A stretch of 64,000 nt of DNA from assembly GCA_029717555.1 (NCBI GenBank), contig JAMDHS010000036.1:62001-126000 (forward strand). Direction: 5' to 3'. Below, piece by piece: positions 50,826 to 63,448 of this stretch (the stretch's first letter is position 1; every line of letters begins with the position of its first letter). The stretch is from Peribolospora baueri (Eukaryota). Both the position numbers and the translations under genes were made by a program. Under the pieces are notes generated by a model that saw only the letters and a program-made list of their open reading frames with translations, was not told the origin of the DNA and did not search any database.

Positions 50826-51530
50826 GCCCTAGCGGGGGCTCGCACGCGCTTCCAGGCAAACCCGCGTTTTCACCGTTCGAGATTCGAATAGAGTTGGTCC
50901 GTCAATCCGTTCTCTTCCGCCCGTCTGTCAGTCCATTTGACCCATCAGAGTTGAGGGTCCATATTTGTGTACTCTACCTTGCGCCGCACGCCTCGTCCGT
51001 CCGTCTGTCCGTCCTCTGTTTGTCCGTTTGTCTGTCGAGCAGAGTCCAACATCCCCACTTCATTCTACGTCATCATTTCCATTGCTGGTTGTGCCTTGCC
51101 TCTCCTTGTGTCGTCTTGTCTGCCGTGCAAAGCAAAATTTTGGTTCCTGTTCGATGATGATGTTGTTTTGCCTGGGACAACCTGATCTGATCTGATCGAT
51201 GGACGCATTTCCCCGCCATCGGTCACATGCCGTTAATTGATGGATCCAGATGAACCTCGTCTTACCCGCACTCGGCTCACGTGCCTCAACCTCTATTCTC
51301 CCCACCCTCTCTCCCTGCCCCGCCCTTTCCCTCCGTCTCTCAAATCCACTCCTCATCGCACTCATGCCCGCACCACCCTTCTCTCACTAACCAACCGGAG
51401 ATGGCCTGGCGGAGGCAACGACTCGCCGCCACCGGTACCGCATTCTCGTTCGATACCCCGTCAGGTCGCCATTTCACTCATCGCCGCCGCTGCCGCCGCC
51501 ATCGTCATTTGTCTTTTATTCCTCAACTCT

Positions 51531-53936
51531 ATGACCTCCATTACTGCCGACCCCGTTGTGACGTCTTCCGAGAGTGTCGCCCTTACGATGCTCGCCGGAC
51601 GAGGGTTGAACTCGAGCGCCGGAGACTCTTTCTCTCCTCTCACAGAGGACTCTACCACCGACGAGCGCGGACCCACTAGGCCGAAGGCGGTCGCTTTCGC
51701 GCCTAGGTGCACCGTTATACCCTCTCATATCCCCTCCTCCAAGGTGTTCATGCAGAGCAAAGCAATTCCCTTTGGCAGACGGCGTAACCACGGCAGCAAT
51801 AATGCCATCCACGGCGAAGGAAAGGACAGCCGTGGCCAAAGGGGTGCCGGAGCCCGGAACGTTTCCCCTCCACCGTCTCGTTTGTCCTCGGCTTCATCGC
51901 CTTTGTCCAGTGCCTCCACGTGGCCCCCGCCGGCGCTCTCGTTGTCGCCCTCCACCTCGCTTCACTCTCCCGCCTCTTCCACGTCCGCTCGATCGCACTC
52001 GTCCTCCCCTACCCCCTCCCCCTCATCTCCCCGGAAACCGTTTCACTTTTCTTACGAGACGAGGGCCCACTCCGTCTCTCCGTTTGCAGCATTGGGAGGG
52101 TTCGTTGGCACGTCTTCTTCTTGGGTTGAGAAGGTGCGGACCTCTTGGGGAAAGGAGCATAATGGAGGAGGGGCCGGGAACAGTTGGAAAGAAGCGCAAG
52201 GCGGGGAAACGGGCGACGTGGCGACCAAGGCGGTGTCCACCGCCCTCAGGGCAAACGTTATAAACGACGGGCCCGTACACGGAGACTACACTGATGGACA
52301 CTTCCAAAACGATCCCCCACGTCTTCCTCGATCTGCGCCATCTTCCGCCTATCGAGGCTCCCCGCCTCTATCTCCCTCCACTACTGCTTCCACCTCATCC
52401 TCACCTACCTCCGCGCGCCACCTCGTCATCAAGCTCCCGACCTTTACCCGTCGCCACCATCGCCCTCCTACCCTCCCCCACCGGAGGAGCAGCAAGCAGG
52501 AGGTGATCAAGAGCTGCCTCGTCAACGCGGAGAAGGTCTTTTTGGAGCCGAGGATGACGGAGGGAACGGCGGGTATGAACGCTGGAGGAGGCGAGGATGG
52601 GAGAGAGGGAGTAAAGGATGTTGGAGGTGAAACGGAGAATTGTTTGGACAGCATCGAAGAAGGGGGCTTCAACGCCGGCAGCGGGAAACAGTTGGGTGAA
52701 GACCTCCGCGACGTCCGTCAAGGCCAGCTTACCGACAGAGCTCAACATCTCTCCTCCGCCCTGACTGACATGATCAAGATGGATGGTCCCGCACAGGGGA
52801 CTACCAGCCTCCACCACGACCGCCCCTCAGTGACGGGAGCGCCTGCCTCCAAGCCTCAGCTCAAAATCGACACCTCCTCGCTCACGCTGTACGACGATCC
52901 AAGCAGCGCGAGCGTCACCGCGGACCCTCTGAAGGATGACGCGGAATTCCTGTCTCCTCTCGACGACCCGGGAACGGGGACGCTATCCGAGCGACGCTCG
53001 GCCTTCGATGATTTGGAGCTGCTCGAGCGCTTGTCCGGTACGCTGGACGGGCCGCCCAAGCGAAAGCCCGCCCATATCGCCACCGCCTCCATCGCCCCTG
53101 CTGTCGATCCAACGGTGGCGGCGGCGGGGGAGCGGCAGGATGAATCGGCCGCGTCATCGGGGAAGGGGATGGGAAGCCCGGTGACGGGCCTAGGTGACGC
53201 AGGAGTGGTGCGAACTGGAGAGCGCTCCGACGACGCCGCTCCTTCCATGACTGAAAGGCGTTCCCAGCGCGGCGACTCCATTCAAGTCGCCGAGCGAGCT
53301 TTTAAAACGCCACCCTTGTCGCCTAGCTCTCCCGCTCCGAGCGGTGGCGATAACGGTAATGGCAATGACAATGGTAGCGGTAGCGTTGGGAGCAGCGACC
53401 TCACGCTCACGATGCCCCTCCGTCTCTGCTGTCCCGAATGTTACGCGACGACGCCCTTGGGAGCAGAGCTAGAGTACGTCCCGCACTGGACGCGACCGGC
53501 CAGGAGGAAGTGGTTGAGGGATAGAAGGGAAAGGGAGAGGTTGGAGAAGAAGAATCCCGCCAATGTCGGCGCCGGCGCTGGCACTGCTACATCGACGACT
53601 ATTACTGGGACGACAGCAGGTGGGGGAGATTTGGACGCGCACGGTCATTCTCTTCCTGACGCCTTTTCCCTCAAGGTCGAGAAGGCTTCTACAACTTCCA
53701 CGCCTAACCCCCCGCCCACGTACGAAGCGGGAGGACAACAGGGAAAGCACCAACTGCAGCATCAAGGCGAACCGGCGCCTTCTCGACCAGAGGAGCCAAA
53801 AGTTGAGCAGGAGGTTGAGGTACCGCCGGCGAGAGAGCACAAGGCAGAGCCAGTGATTGACCACTTGGTCGAGGCTCTCGGCTCTCCCTCTCACGCTATT
53901 CTCCGCCTCTTGTCCGACGCGCCCTTCCCGGCATAA
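51531..53936 (+). CDS. Hypothetical Ser/Pro-rich disordered protein with a small Cys motif
   Basis: Long open frame of about 800 codons from the ATG at 51531, containing PLRLCCPECY...YVPHWTRPARRKW. The 3' end is uncertain. Confidence 0.7.
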   Translation: MTSITADPVVTSSESVALTMLAGRGLNSSAGDSFSPLTEDSTTDERGPTRPKAVAFAPRCTVIPSHIPSSKVFMQSKAIPFGRRRNHGSNNAIHGEGKDSRGQRGAGARNVSPPPSRLSSASSPLSSASTWPPPALSLSPSTSLHSPASSTSARSHSSSPTPSPSSPRKPFHFSYETRAHSVSPFAALGGFVGTSSSWVEKVRTSWGKEHNGGGAGNSWKEAQGGETGDVATKAVSTALRANVINDGPVHGDYTDGHFQNDPPRLPRSAPSSAYRGSPPLSPSTTASTSSSPTSARHLVIKLPTFTRRHHRPPTLPHRRSSKQEVIKSCLVNAEKVFLEPRMTEGTAGMNAGGGEDGREGVKDVGGETENCLDSIEEGGFNAGSGKQLGEDLRDVRQGQLTDRAQHLSSALTDMIKMDGPAQGTTSLHHDRPSVTGAPASKPQLKIDTSSLTLYDDPSSASVTADPLKDDAEFLSPLDDPGTGTLSERRSAFDDLELLERLSGTLDGPPKRKPAHIATASIAPAVDPTVAAAGERQDESAASSGKGMGSPVTGLGDAGVVRTGERSDDAAPSMTERRSQRGDSIQVAERAFKTPPLSPSSPAPSGGDNGNGNDNGSGSVGSSDLTLTMPLRLCCPECYATTPLGAELEYVPHWTRPARRKWLRDRRERERLEKKNPANVGAGAGTATSTTITGTTAGGGDLDAHGHSLPDAFSLKVEKASTTSTPNPPPTYEAGGQQGKHQLQHQGEPAPSRPEEPKVEQEVEVPPAREHKAEPVIDHLVEALGSPSHAILRLLSDAPFPA

Positions 53937-54501
53937 CTGTGTGTCAACGGCCGTCGCTGACGGCCACCATCGCTCTCATTCTGCTGGACCTGGATTCGCC
54001 TCCCCTCCCTCTTCAGCACACCCCTCACCTTTGCGCGCTCGCTCTTCTTCGGCACCATGTTCAGCGTTTGCATTTGGGTCGACACGCATGCTCAATGGGC
54101 CTGGACCTGGTCCTCTATCCAGAACTCTGCCAAGGAAACGCAGTGGGTCTGTGGACATTCCCGGATCTACTGGTGGAGAGGCGAGGGCCAATACGCTCGG
54201 AGCGTGCGAAGACCAGAGATGGAACTGAAGTGGGCTTCGGAATCACTGTCCTAGGCTGCAATGCATGGTATTAGCAATATGGATGACAAAGAAGCTGATG
54301 ATCGAGACCGGCCCAGATCATGCTACAGTAATGGACTATGGATAGAGGGCGGGCCCGTGGGCGAAGCAGCGAATGGGAAGGGTAAGGGGAGAGGGACGAA
54401 CCGACCGACAGACGCTGCCGTAGGCGCACGGTCCGCGTCGATTCTCCCCTCTCATCTATGGATGCAGGCGACGCTGCTCTTCTTGCCTCCACCCCGCACT
54501 T

Positions 54502-56883
54502 CTACAACTTGGCCTTGAACCTCCTCGCATCCACTCGCTCTCCGACCTCCCCATAGACGTGTCTCCGAACATAAGGCGACAAGAAGACCCCGTCGGGGTC
54601 ATACGCGTCCCTCGTCCTGCGGAAGTCGTCGAAGTGCGGGTAGAGGGAGCGCAATTCCGCAGAAGAGCAGGTGTGCGTTTTCGCCCAGTGCGGACGGCCG
54701 CCGAAATGACGGAGAAGGCGTTCGAAGCGATTGAAGAGGAGGCGGTAGGACGTTGGAAAGTTGTAGGGTCTGTGCGCGGGTGGACGGAAAAGAGAATGAG
54801 CGCGAGAGCCTACGGATGGCCGTTAGAGGCGCGCGAAGATGATTATGGAGCTCGCCTCGAGCGAACAGAGGGAAAAGATGCGCCTGCACAACGGGGAAAA
54901 TGGACACTCACAGATATTGAACCAAGCCAATGTAACAAGTCCTCCTGCCCTGACACGGGCTTAACCAAACGTCATCCTCCTCACTCCACCTCACCTCGAC
55001 CGGGAAATGTAACCTCTCCCCCGCGGCGTCCTCCTCCTCCTGCCTCAGCCACTCTGATAGCGCGCGGAGACAAGCTGCCGAGCGGACATAGGGGACGGCC
55101 CATTCGTCCGTGTTCTGCGGCATGAGGCAGTCCATGTTGAAGAGGATGTAGGAGGTGTCGAGGTGGGTCGTCATTGGGTGGGCGGGATGGAGGGGCGCCG
55201 GAAGCGAGCCTTCGGCTGCGGGTTCAACAATCGCAGTTAGCGATGGAGATGCCGTTTTTCGGTCGGATGACGAGGTGGATTGGACCAAGGCGGACATAAG
55301 GGGCTCCGTCTCCGTAGACCAAGCCACCGCGCTATTGTCCTTCGATGTCGATTCGCTTGCCCTCTGTCCTCTCCGTCGTGAACGTTGCTGTTCCTCCAGC
55401 CTTTCCATAATTTCTCTTCCTCTGTTCCCCCACGCCTCCTCGTCGGTGACCTTACACTTCCCGTCCGTGGTGGGATGGTTGAGCCAGTATATGAACTGAA
55501 CGGTGGGAGACGGCAGGGAACGGTGGTAACGCGAAAGGAAGAGCAAAAATGGCGTGACTTGGCGGTTGATAAGCTCAGTTCGGGCGCGGACAAAAAGAGA
55601 GGGCGGCCTTGCGGGCTAAAAAAGACGAACGTAGAGGCACACAAATTGGTTTTGGCGCTTGGGTGAGAAGCGGAAAAGCAACAGGGTGGAACAGACGGTC
55701 GGAAGGGAATCTTTGACTCACTGCGAGGGTCCGGTTCATCCTCGAAACGGTCACCATGCGCGTTTGAGGGAACCACCAGATCCTGACATGCTGTGCGCTC
55801 TCCAAGACAGCCTCTAGCCTCCTCTGCGCCTCTTTCGTCTCCTCGTCTAGCTCTGCCAGTTCTCCAAACGTGAGGCCGCCCCTCCGCGAAGAAGTGGAAG
55901 AAGTAGAAAATGAGTTACGAACTTGGAACTCCTTCTCCTCCCGAATCTCCTTTGCCAGTCGCATTTCCCAGGTGGTGGAAGAAGCCGAAGAGGGCGTGCC
56001 AAAGAGGGAAGCGAAGGGGACCTCCTCTCGCAGCTCGTGCAAGCGAAACGCGGGCTCGACCTGCAGGTCCACCTCGACCATCATTCCCGTACTCCCAAGC
56101 CCGCACAGACTCGCCAGGAACAGATCCGACCTCTCCTCCCGCGAGCATGTGACTAACTGCGTCCCACCTTGCTCCGGGGGGAGGGCGACGAGAAGGCGGA
56201 GAGAGCGAACGTAGGTGGAAATGTTTCCGTACGCGATGCCAGTGCCATGTGTGGCCGTGGTAATCGCTCCAGCGATGGTCTGCATGGAGATGGAGCCGAG
56301 GTTGGACATGGCCAGACCGTGGGATTCGAGGGCCACGTGGACGTCCGACAGGAGGGCGCCTGCTTGGACACGGATTCTGCAGCGGGTGGTATCGACCTAG
56401 GTCGGTTGAAACGGAGAAAAGAATAAAAGGAGGGGATGTGACAGGTCGGCATCCATTGACTTGGGTCGATGCTCGCGGCTCTCGAGGTAGCCAGTTCGGA
56501 CCCGATCGCCCACTCACCTCCTTAACCCCGTTCAAGCCGTCCATGCGAACCATGAAGCCACCGGTGCAGGCCAAGTCACTTGGACTGTGCCCCGTGCCAA
56601 CCGGCTTGACCTCTCTCCTCTCCCTCCTGCCCAGCTCGACGACTGCGATACATTGCTCCTCCGTCGTGGGACAAAAGACGGCGAAAGGTCTGCAGCGATA
56701 GGTGCCCGCCCAGTTTCGGAAGGTAGATCGGGGTGAGGTGGAGGGGAGGAGAATGGGGCGGAGAAAGGCGCGTAAAGCGGGAGTCGAGAGATCGGTGATA
56801 GAGCGATGCGGGTGCGGTGAAGGGGTGGCGTCGGCCTTGCTAGAAGGGGGCGAGGAGGAAGAAGGAGAGGTGAAGGACGCCAT
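54502..56883 (-). CDS. ALO1: D-arabinono-1,4-lactone / L-gulonolactone oxidase (FAD-linked), 4 exons
   Basis: FRNWAGTY, GTGHSPSDLAC (FAD-linked His), LGSISMQTIAGAITTATHGTG, FNMDC...EWAVP, HFPVEVRW and GGRPHWAK; ends RRFKAKL*. Confidence 0.94.
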
Positions 56884-57270
56884 GACGTTCGATTCGTCTG
56901 GTGTGGTACACGGAGCGAGGCCAAACGTGAGCAAGGGTGGCGAGGCGAGAGCGCCGGGGGCGGCGACTCGAGGCAGAGTCAGCAAAGGGAGCCGACGCCG
57001 CGATTTCGGGGTGACCTTGACTGGTCCGTCCCAGTCCTTCTCGCTCGCGATCCCGACTTTGTACGACCGTCCCGTTATCTCTACGGCGCTTCTTCCGACT
57101 GCGGCACTCCAAATAATGCTTGGTCATCTTCTCGGCCGTAGCGATGATTGCGTAATCCGTCGTGCCGGGCACGTGGCGAGAGAGCGTGCGAGGGTGGAAG
57201 GAAAGGAAGGAGAGACGGAGGAAGGATGGATGATAGATAGTGGAGAGGTGCTTCAACCCCGCCTAGAGAC

Positions 57271-58859
57271 ATGCCCGACCCGCTCGCATGTCTGTTCTTG
57301 CTCCTCCTACACGCCCTCTACGCCCTCTCTCTCGCTTCCCGTCGATGGCTCCTCTGCCCTCTGGCGCGGCTTGTCCATCGCCTCCGACGACGGCGGGCCG
57401 GTCATGACGCTCCCAAGACCGAGGAAGAGCTGCTCCGGTCGCACCGCCGAGGCCCGCGAAAGAAGCCCAAGCACGTCGCCCTTGTTTTGGACCCCTTGCC
57501 TCGTAGGCCTTGGCCTTGGATGCCGAGGGCATGGCGGGACGCTCGAACGTGGAGGGAGAAGGAAGAACGGACGCTGGTCGAGGACGTAAGGCACGCTGCC
57601 AGGTGGTGCGTGCTCGCCGGGATCGAGCGGTTGAGCGTGTACGATTCGGAAGGTGCGTTTCTCCCCAAGGGGCTCCTTCAAGCGTTTACCACGGTTCCCT
57701 CTGTCTGGCTCCTTGCTCGAGAACTGACGCCTCGCCTTTGCGACCCTCGCCTTCCTTTCGACTACGCCCGTGCAGGAATCCTCAAGAAACACGCCGCTTC
57801 TATCATCGCCGACCCGTGCGACCGTGTAGCAGCGCCTGCCGGTGGCGGCGACAATGGCAACGACTGCGATAAGGACCTCGCTGACGATGAAGTGCAGGCT
57901 GCGAGCTTCGATGTCCGCATCATGGGAGTGACGCCCCTGGCCTCCGACGAGAAATCGAGTCCGACGACGCAGTGCATCACGGCACAATGGAATAGCAGTA
58001 TACCAGAGGGTCTGCGAAGGCGGCTTGGCATAGCTGGAAGTGGAGTGGGTGAGTGGGACAAAAGAGGCCAACGGCGTGTCCGTATTTCGCTGTCGTCGAT
58101 CTGATCTTGTCCTCGCACTGCGCAATCCCTTTCGGTCTTCGGATCATGTTTGGCAACCGCCTCCATTGCCTCCTGACAGACGATGAACTCGGTCACAACC
58201 ATGGTCCTAACCCCGCTCCGACGCTCCGTATCGCCGTCCTCTCCTCTCTCGACGGCCAGGCTTACTTGGCCCAAGTCGCCACATCGCTGGCGGAAGGAGC
58301 GGCGAGGGGGGCGCTGAGGGTGGAGGATGTGGATCTGCAGTTGGTGGACGAGAAGGTTTCGGGTGAGTATATGAGGGTCAAATGATGTGATTCTCCTTCC
58401 CATCGGGGCAGGCCAAGAAGAGCTCACTCCGTTATCCCTTATGTCTGCCACGCCCTTATGTCTGCCATGATTACCGTTCACCCCACCATGCGTCCTTTCT
58501 CTTCCTTCTCACAATTCCATCTTCGCCTCCTTCCTCTACTCCTGCCCCGTTTGATCCTGTAGTCTCCTCTATACCCGAACCCGACCTTCTTATAGTCCAT
58601 AGCCCAGGCACACTGAAGCTGCATGGCTTTCCCCCGTGGCATGTGCGACTAAGCGAAATCTAGTAGGTGCCATCTTTCTTTGCTGCTCCGCCTTCCTTTT
58701 TTTTTTCTCTGCATCGTCATCTCACCTGGCTTCCTCCCCATCCCATCCTGGCCGCCCCGACCCCGCAGTCACGATGCAACGTCCAAACCATTGAAACTCT
58801 CCGCTTTCCTGGAAGCGCTCGACGCGTATGCGGGCTGCCAGATGCGGTTCGGTCGATGA
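57271..58859 (+). CDS. NUS1: Nus1/NgBR, cis-prenyltransferase (dehydrodolichyl-PP synthase) subunit
   Basis: N-terminal TM, KPKHVALVL, WCVLAGIERLSVYDSEGILK, LSSLDG, PEPDLLIV, LHGFPPWHVRLSEI and C-terminal RxG (QMRFGR*). Confidence 0.93.
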
Positions 58860-59731
58860 TCGACCAGAGTCTTCATTTCGTTTCGGTTCGCTTCTGAAGC
58901 ACTAGTGGTCAGCAGATCGTATCCAGCTACGTTGTCCCAAGTTTCCTTCTTCGTGTACGATCCGGCCCAGAACCAGAACACGGCGCACGGCAGCGCATCC
59001 AAGTTCGTTCGACGTCCGCACTTGGAGTCGTGTACGTATGTTTCCGATCCTCCTTCCGTCTCGCACTCGTTCTCTAGATTTCGTCCCGTCCGCGCGCATG
59101 CAATTCCCTTCGCCACCTGAGCCTCTTGGGCAGTGGCTGTATCTGCGAGCATGTTTAATCGACGTGTTCCTCCGTTCGTGAACCTAAGCCTCTCAAGGTC
59201 GCGCGCTTTAGCATAACTCTTCGTTCGTCTCTCAGAGTCCATTCGACCGTGCATGTCCTACGTATGTACCTTTCCGAGATCAAATCTGACTTCAGGTCAA
59301 CTCGATGTCGATGGAGAGAGAAATGCCTGTTGAGAAGAGTTCACCCATCGTGGGTAAGGGACAATGGACAAGGAATGACAGTTTCGGGTTGGCGGGGGAG
59401 TGGGGGAGAAGAAAGAGACGGGAAGTCATGAAGAAAGAGCGTAAAGAAGTGAGAGTGCAAGAAAGAGCCCAAAGAAGGTATGGAGGCGAGGGAAAGAACA
59501 GAGTGGATGTGTCGCTCAGTGGCAGTCTCTGTGGGAAAGCAGTCGGGGGGAAAGAGAAGGAGGTAACAAGCAAAGGAAGGAGGACGATAGGGGAAACGAT
59601 GGCGAAGACTTGCAAGAGTAATTTTCAAGAAGGAAGACGCCAAGCATTGCTATAAGTGGCGTTAAGCCCGATCCCAGCGCCATGGTCGGCAGGAAGACCA
59701 GCGTGGCCGTGTACACATTCGATCACCCAGC

Positions 59732-62700
59732 TCAATCCTCCCCTTTTTCCTCCCCATCACTGGCCTCAGCCATCGCAGCGTCCGCCTCCCGAAGGATCTC
59801 CGAGAGCGTCTTCTTGTGCCCTCGGGCTCCGCGGGGTGGGCTATGGCTGCTGTTGGCGGTGGTGGGTGTTTGGTGAAATGACGACACGGGCGACTTGGGC
59901 GGTAGTGGCGGAGGTAACGAGTCAGTAGGAGAAGGGGGATCGGCTATACCGTGCGTGTGCGTAACATTCGGTCTCGGGGATGTATCTTGAGGCGATCGTG
60001 GGCGAGGTTGAGACGGAGAGTTGGGTTTAGACGTGATCGCTTGTTCGGCGGAATAACCGGTGAGACCGGGTGTAGACGGAGATGCTGGACTCTGAGGCTG
60101 GGCGCGGGTTGATGGAGATGACAGGCCTGGACTAGTAGGCACCGGCGGAGGAGGGCTTTTGGGCAAAGGTGGCGGCGCTTCCTTGTCTTTCGTCCGAGAT
60201 CCGGAAATGCTGCGCGCGCTCTTCAAACTGCTCAAGCTCCCCTGCCGAGGCAAAGGGGGTACGGGCGGAGCGGCGGCCGCGTCGCCTCGGAGATTAGTCC
60301 GACTGCTCGTGGGACTGCGGGCAGGAGAGGTGGTGCGAGAGTTGGATCTGGACGCGCGCCGTCGGGTGGGAGTCGCTGGAGGCACGACGACGCTCGAGCG
60401 ACGGCTCCATGCGTTATCGTTGCTCGCCGTGCCACCTCCTGGGCTGATGCCGGCGCTTGTGGGGCTGCCCCCATGGCTCTCGGCCGGGCTTGCCAGCGCA
60501 GAGAAAGAAGTGTAAGTCGCCGCACTCATGGGGCTACCGAGATAGGCATAGTTGGAGTCATCTGACAGATTATAACCAGCATGATCACCGCCCGATGCAA
60601 TGATGCTCAGTGGAGGCACGATTGGCGCAGGCAAGGGCTCCATCAGTTCGTTGGCGTCCGGCTGGATGAACGGCATCGAGAATGGGGCAGAGGATGAGGA
60701 AGAAGATACCGTGCGAGAGCGAGAAGCGGGAGAAAGCGACGAGGTCGAGCGCTTGGAGCGAATGGAGGGCGCGAGTAACACCGATGGCGAACGTCGAGCT
60801 TGTCTCGGTAGCTCTGCATCCGTGGGTGAAGGACCCGCGCTGAGTTGTCGTGAAGAAGTTGGAGACGCCGGAGAGACTGGTGCTGCAAGCTTGTCCTGTG
60901 GAAATGGCACCTCCTGTCCTGCTTCGCCCTGTTCGGATGGCGAAGGCACGGGTTGAACATGGACGTCTGACTCGTCTGCAGTCGTCTCCGTCGCCACCGG
61001 ACTCGCTGACTTAGCATTAGCCACGACTGCTTCACTGGAATGGATCTCCACCGGCTGAACGTCAGCTGGCCCAGTCGAAAGAGCGGATGCAGAGACCTCG
61101 TCAACCTGGGCCCCAAGAGAGAGGGCTCCATCCGGCGCGACCTTCTCCTCTGCGCAACGCTCTTGCTCATCCCGCGTCTGCGCCTCCAAAGCCGTAATCT
61201 TCTCGGCGGTATCAACCATGCCTTCCGATGAGCCACCGTTACCCGAAGTCGTCGGTGCAGCCCCACCCTCGGACACTTTCGTATCCTCAGCCTGTCTGCC
61301 GTCTTCCGCGCTAGATGGCTGAATCTCTGCTTCATGACCGGCATCCTCGCCCGCGTTCGCTGAAACGTCTTCCTTCGTCGCAATCTCGTCCTTGGAAGGC
61401 ACCACCTCTGTCGTAGCTGCCGCGTCGGCCGGTGCGCGCTCCGCATCGTCAGCCACCAAAGTCGAAGGTAACTCGGAAGGACTAGCGGAAGCTCCAGCCT
61501 CGCCTGGAGCACTTGCTGGGAAGGCTGGGTCCTTACCCTCTGCAGGCTCCTCTAGCACTGCTGCGTCGGGCGTGGCCTTCGGCGAAGTCGTCAACGTAGA
61601 AACGTCCTCCTTAGGAGAGGAAACCACACTCGTTTCTACTGCCGTCGAGGTCTCCACGTCGGCCTTCTGCTCTGCTGAGGGGGCAACCTCAGCTTTCGTC
61701 TCGTCCTCTGTCGGCAGAGGGTCTTCCTGCTTGGAGGGTTCAGAACTGGAGACTGAAGGCTGCGCAATGGCCTCGGCTGGCTGTGCAATAGCCACCTCGA
61801 CTGTGTCAGCCTTCGAATCGCTCGTGTCCGCGCCAGTTGGCTTATCCAGCCCCTCTTCGGTGGTCTTGAGTCCGTCCCCACTCTTCTCCTCCCTGTCTCC
61901 CTTCGCCGGCAGAACAGGATCCCTGCCTTCCACGCTCGCCAAAAACTTCTCCAGGTCGTCCTCCGTGACGTCGATGTCATCGAGTCCTAGCTCGGCGAAC
62001 AGATCCTCCTCCCTCCTCACGCCGCTCAACGGATCCTCGTCCTCCTCGTCCACCTTGTCGACCCCACCTCGACCGCCTGACTTGCCCAGCCGAGAGATAG
62101 CGCCACTCTCGACACCGCTGGCGGCTCGCTTCACGGCTCCCTTGCCTCTGCTCGCCACAAGCGCAGCCGCCTCTGCCGCCAGCGCCGCGCTCGTCTTTTG
62201 CAAGGGACGCTGGTTTTCGACGCTGGCTGGACCATCGCTAGGTAAGCGGGGCAGGACGGGAACAGCGCCGCCACCGGATCTACCGCTAAGTCGGAGGGGG
62301 CCGACGGTGGAGGAGTAGGCGGGCGATTTGGAGCCCGAGGGGGATTTAAAGTCGGGATCGGCAATGAGAGCAGCAACATCCGCGTCGGAAATCTTCAGGT
62401 CGCCGAGTCCAAGTTCGGCTAGCACGTCGTCCTCCTCCTCTCCGGTTTTGTCGCCCTCCTCCTTGCTCTTGTCTTCTCCACCTCCGGTCGCCGCAGCGGA
62501 CGTCTCCCCTCCCGCAGTACCAGCAGTGTCAGCAGAGGCCTTGGGCTTCTTAGATTTGGACTTTTTCTTTTTCTTGATGCCCTCATCGAGTCGGAGGAAG
62601 AGGTCCAGCTCTCCGTACTCGACCGCCTCTTCGAACTCCTCGAACGTCCCTCGCCATTCGCCATTCACTAGAATGTTCGGAAAGGTAGGGTCCCGAATAG

Positions 62701-63222
62701 CCTAGTCGAGGTGGGATGAAAGACATATGCCGAGTCGGGCGATAAATGAGTCGGTCAATCATCTTTCCCTGCAGAACCAAAGACCTCTAACGGCGAAGGA
62801 AAAAATTCGAAAGGACGCTCGCCCACCTTTCGTTTCCAGCGCTTTTTCTGCTCCTCATCCGATGCCAAGTCAATTATTGTGAAGGGTATCTGAAGGACCA
62901 GAAGCATAAGACGAATTGCTGTCGGCATCGTACTCGCGGGCGAACGTCGCTGCACACGCGATCCAGGCCGCATCCGCGCGGCAAGCCTCGACCAGTCAGG
63001 ACGTAAAAAAGACGCACCTTCTTGGCCGACAAGACGCTGACGTATCTTTCATGCCTCCCTCGGACCTTGTGGTTGCTGAGGATATCTGGAAGAGACGGAG
63101 AGGGCACAGGCCGTCGGTCGGCCAACATCGGAACTCGATCAGCCTTGCGCTCTGCCGCCGTCCTGTTCTCCACACTACTGGCCGAGATACGCACAAGTGG
63201 AAAAGAGCTCTACGGTCGCCAT
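59732..63222 (-). CDS. SH3BGR/thioredoxin-like domain protein with a very long acidic and Pro/Ser-rich tail
   Basis: Spliced N-terminus MATVELFST..ILSNHKVRGRHERYVSVLSAKKIPFTIIDLASDEEQKKRWKRK...PNILVNGEWRGTFEEFEEAVEYGELDLFLRL, followed by about 950 disordered residues. Confidence 0.85.
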
Positions 63223-63448
63223 TTGGAGTTGGGACTGAGTGCCATGGAAGCTATAGCGTCGCCGAGAAGGTGTGGTTGTCGTTTCTTATGATGGCAAGGG
63301 TTGTGTATTCTCGTCGGCCAGTCCGAATCTTTCGAGAAGGTGAGTCGGATGCTTAGCACCGTCAGCCGCAGCACGGCAAGAATGACCCCGGTCACCACCA
63401 CCAACATCACCGACTTCGCGTCCTCGAGTGCGAGCGCAGGCAGACGAC

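Noticed and set aside
58436..58468. Short tandem duplication (CCCTTATGTCTGCCA x2) in a NUS1 intron
   Set aside because: Ordinary slippage duplication; no snoRNA box pair found.
2910..62705. Many long antisense or overlapping ORFs in the six-frame track (e.g. 5350-6306, 49355-50227, 61392-62318)
   Set aside because: Shadow ORFs of real genes in high-GC DNA, with no independent motifs.
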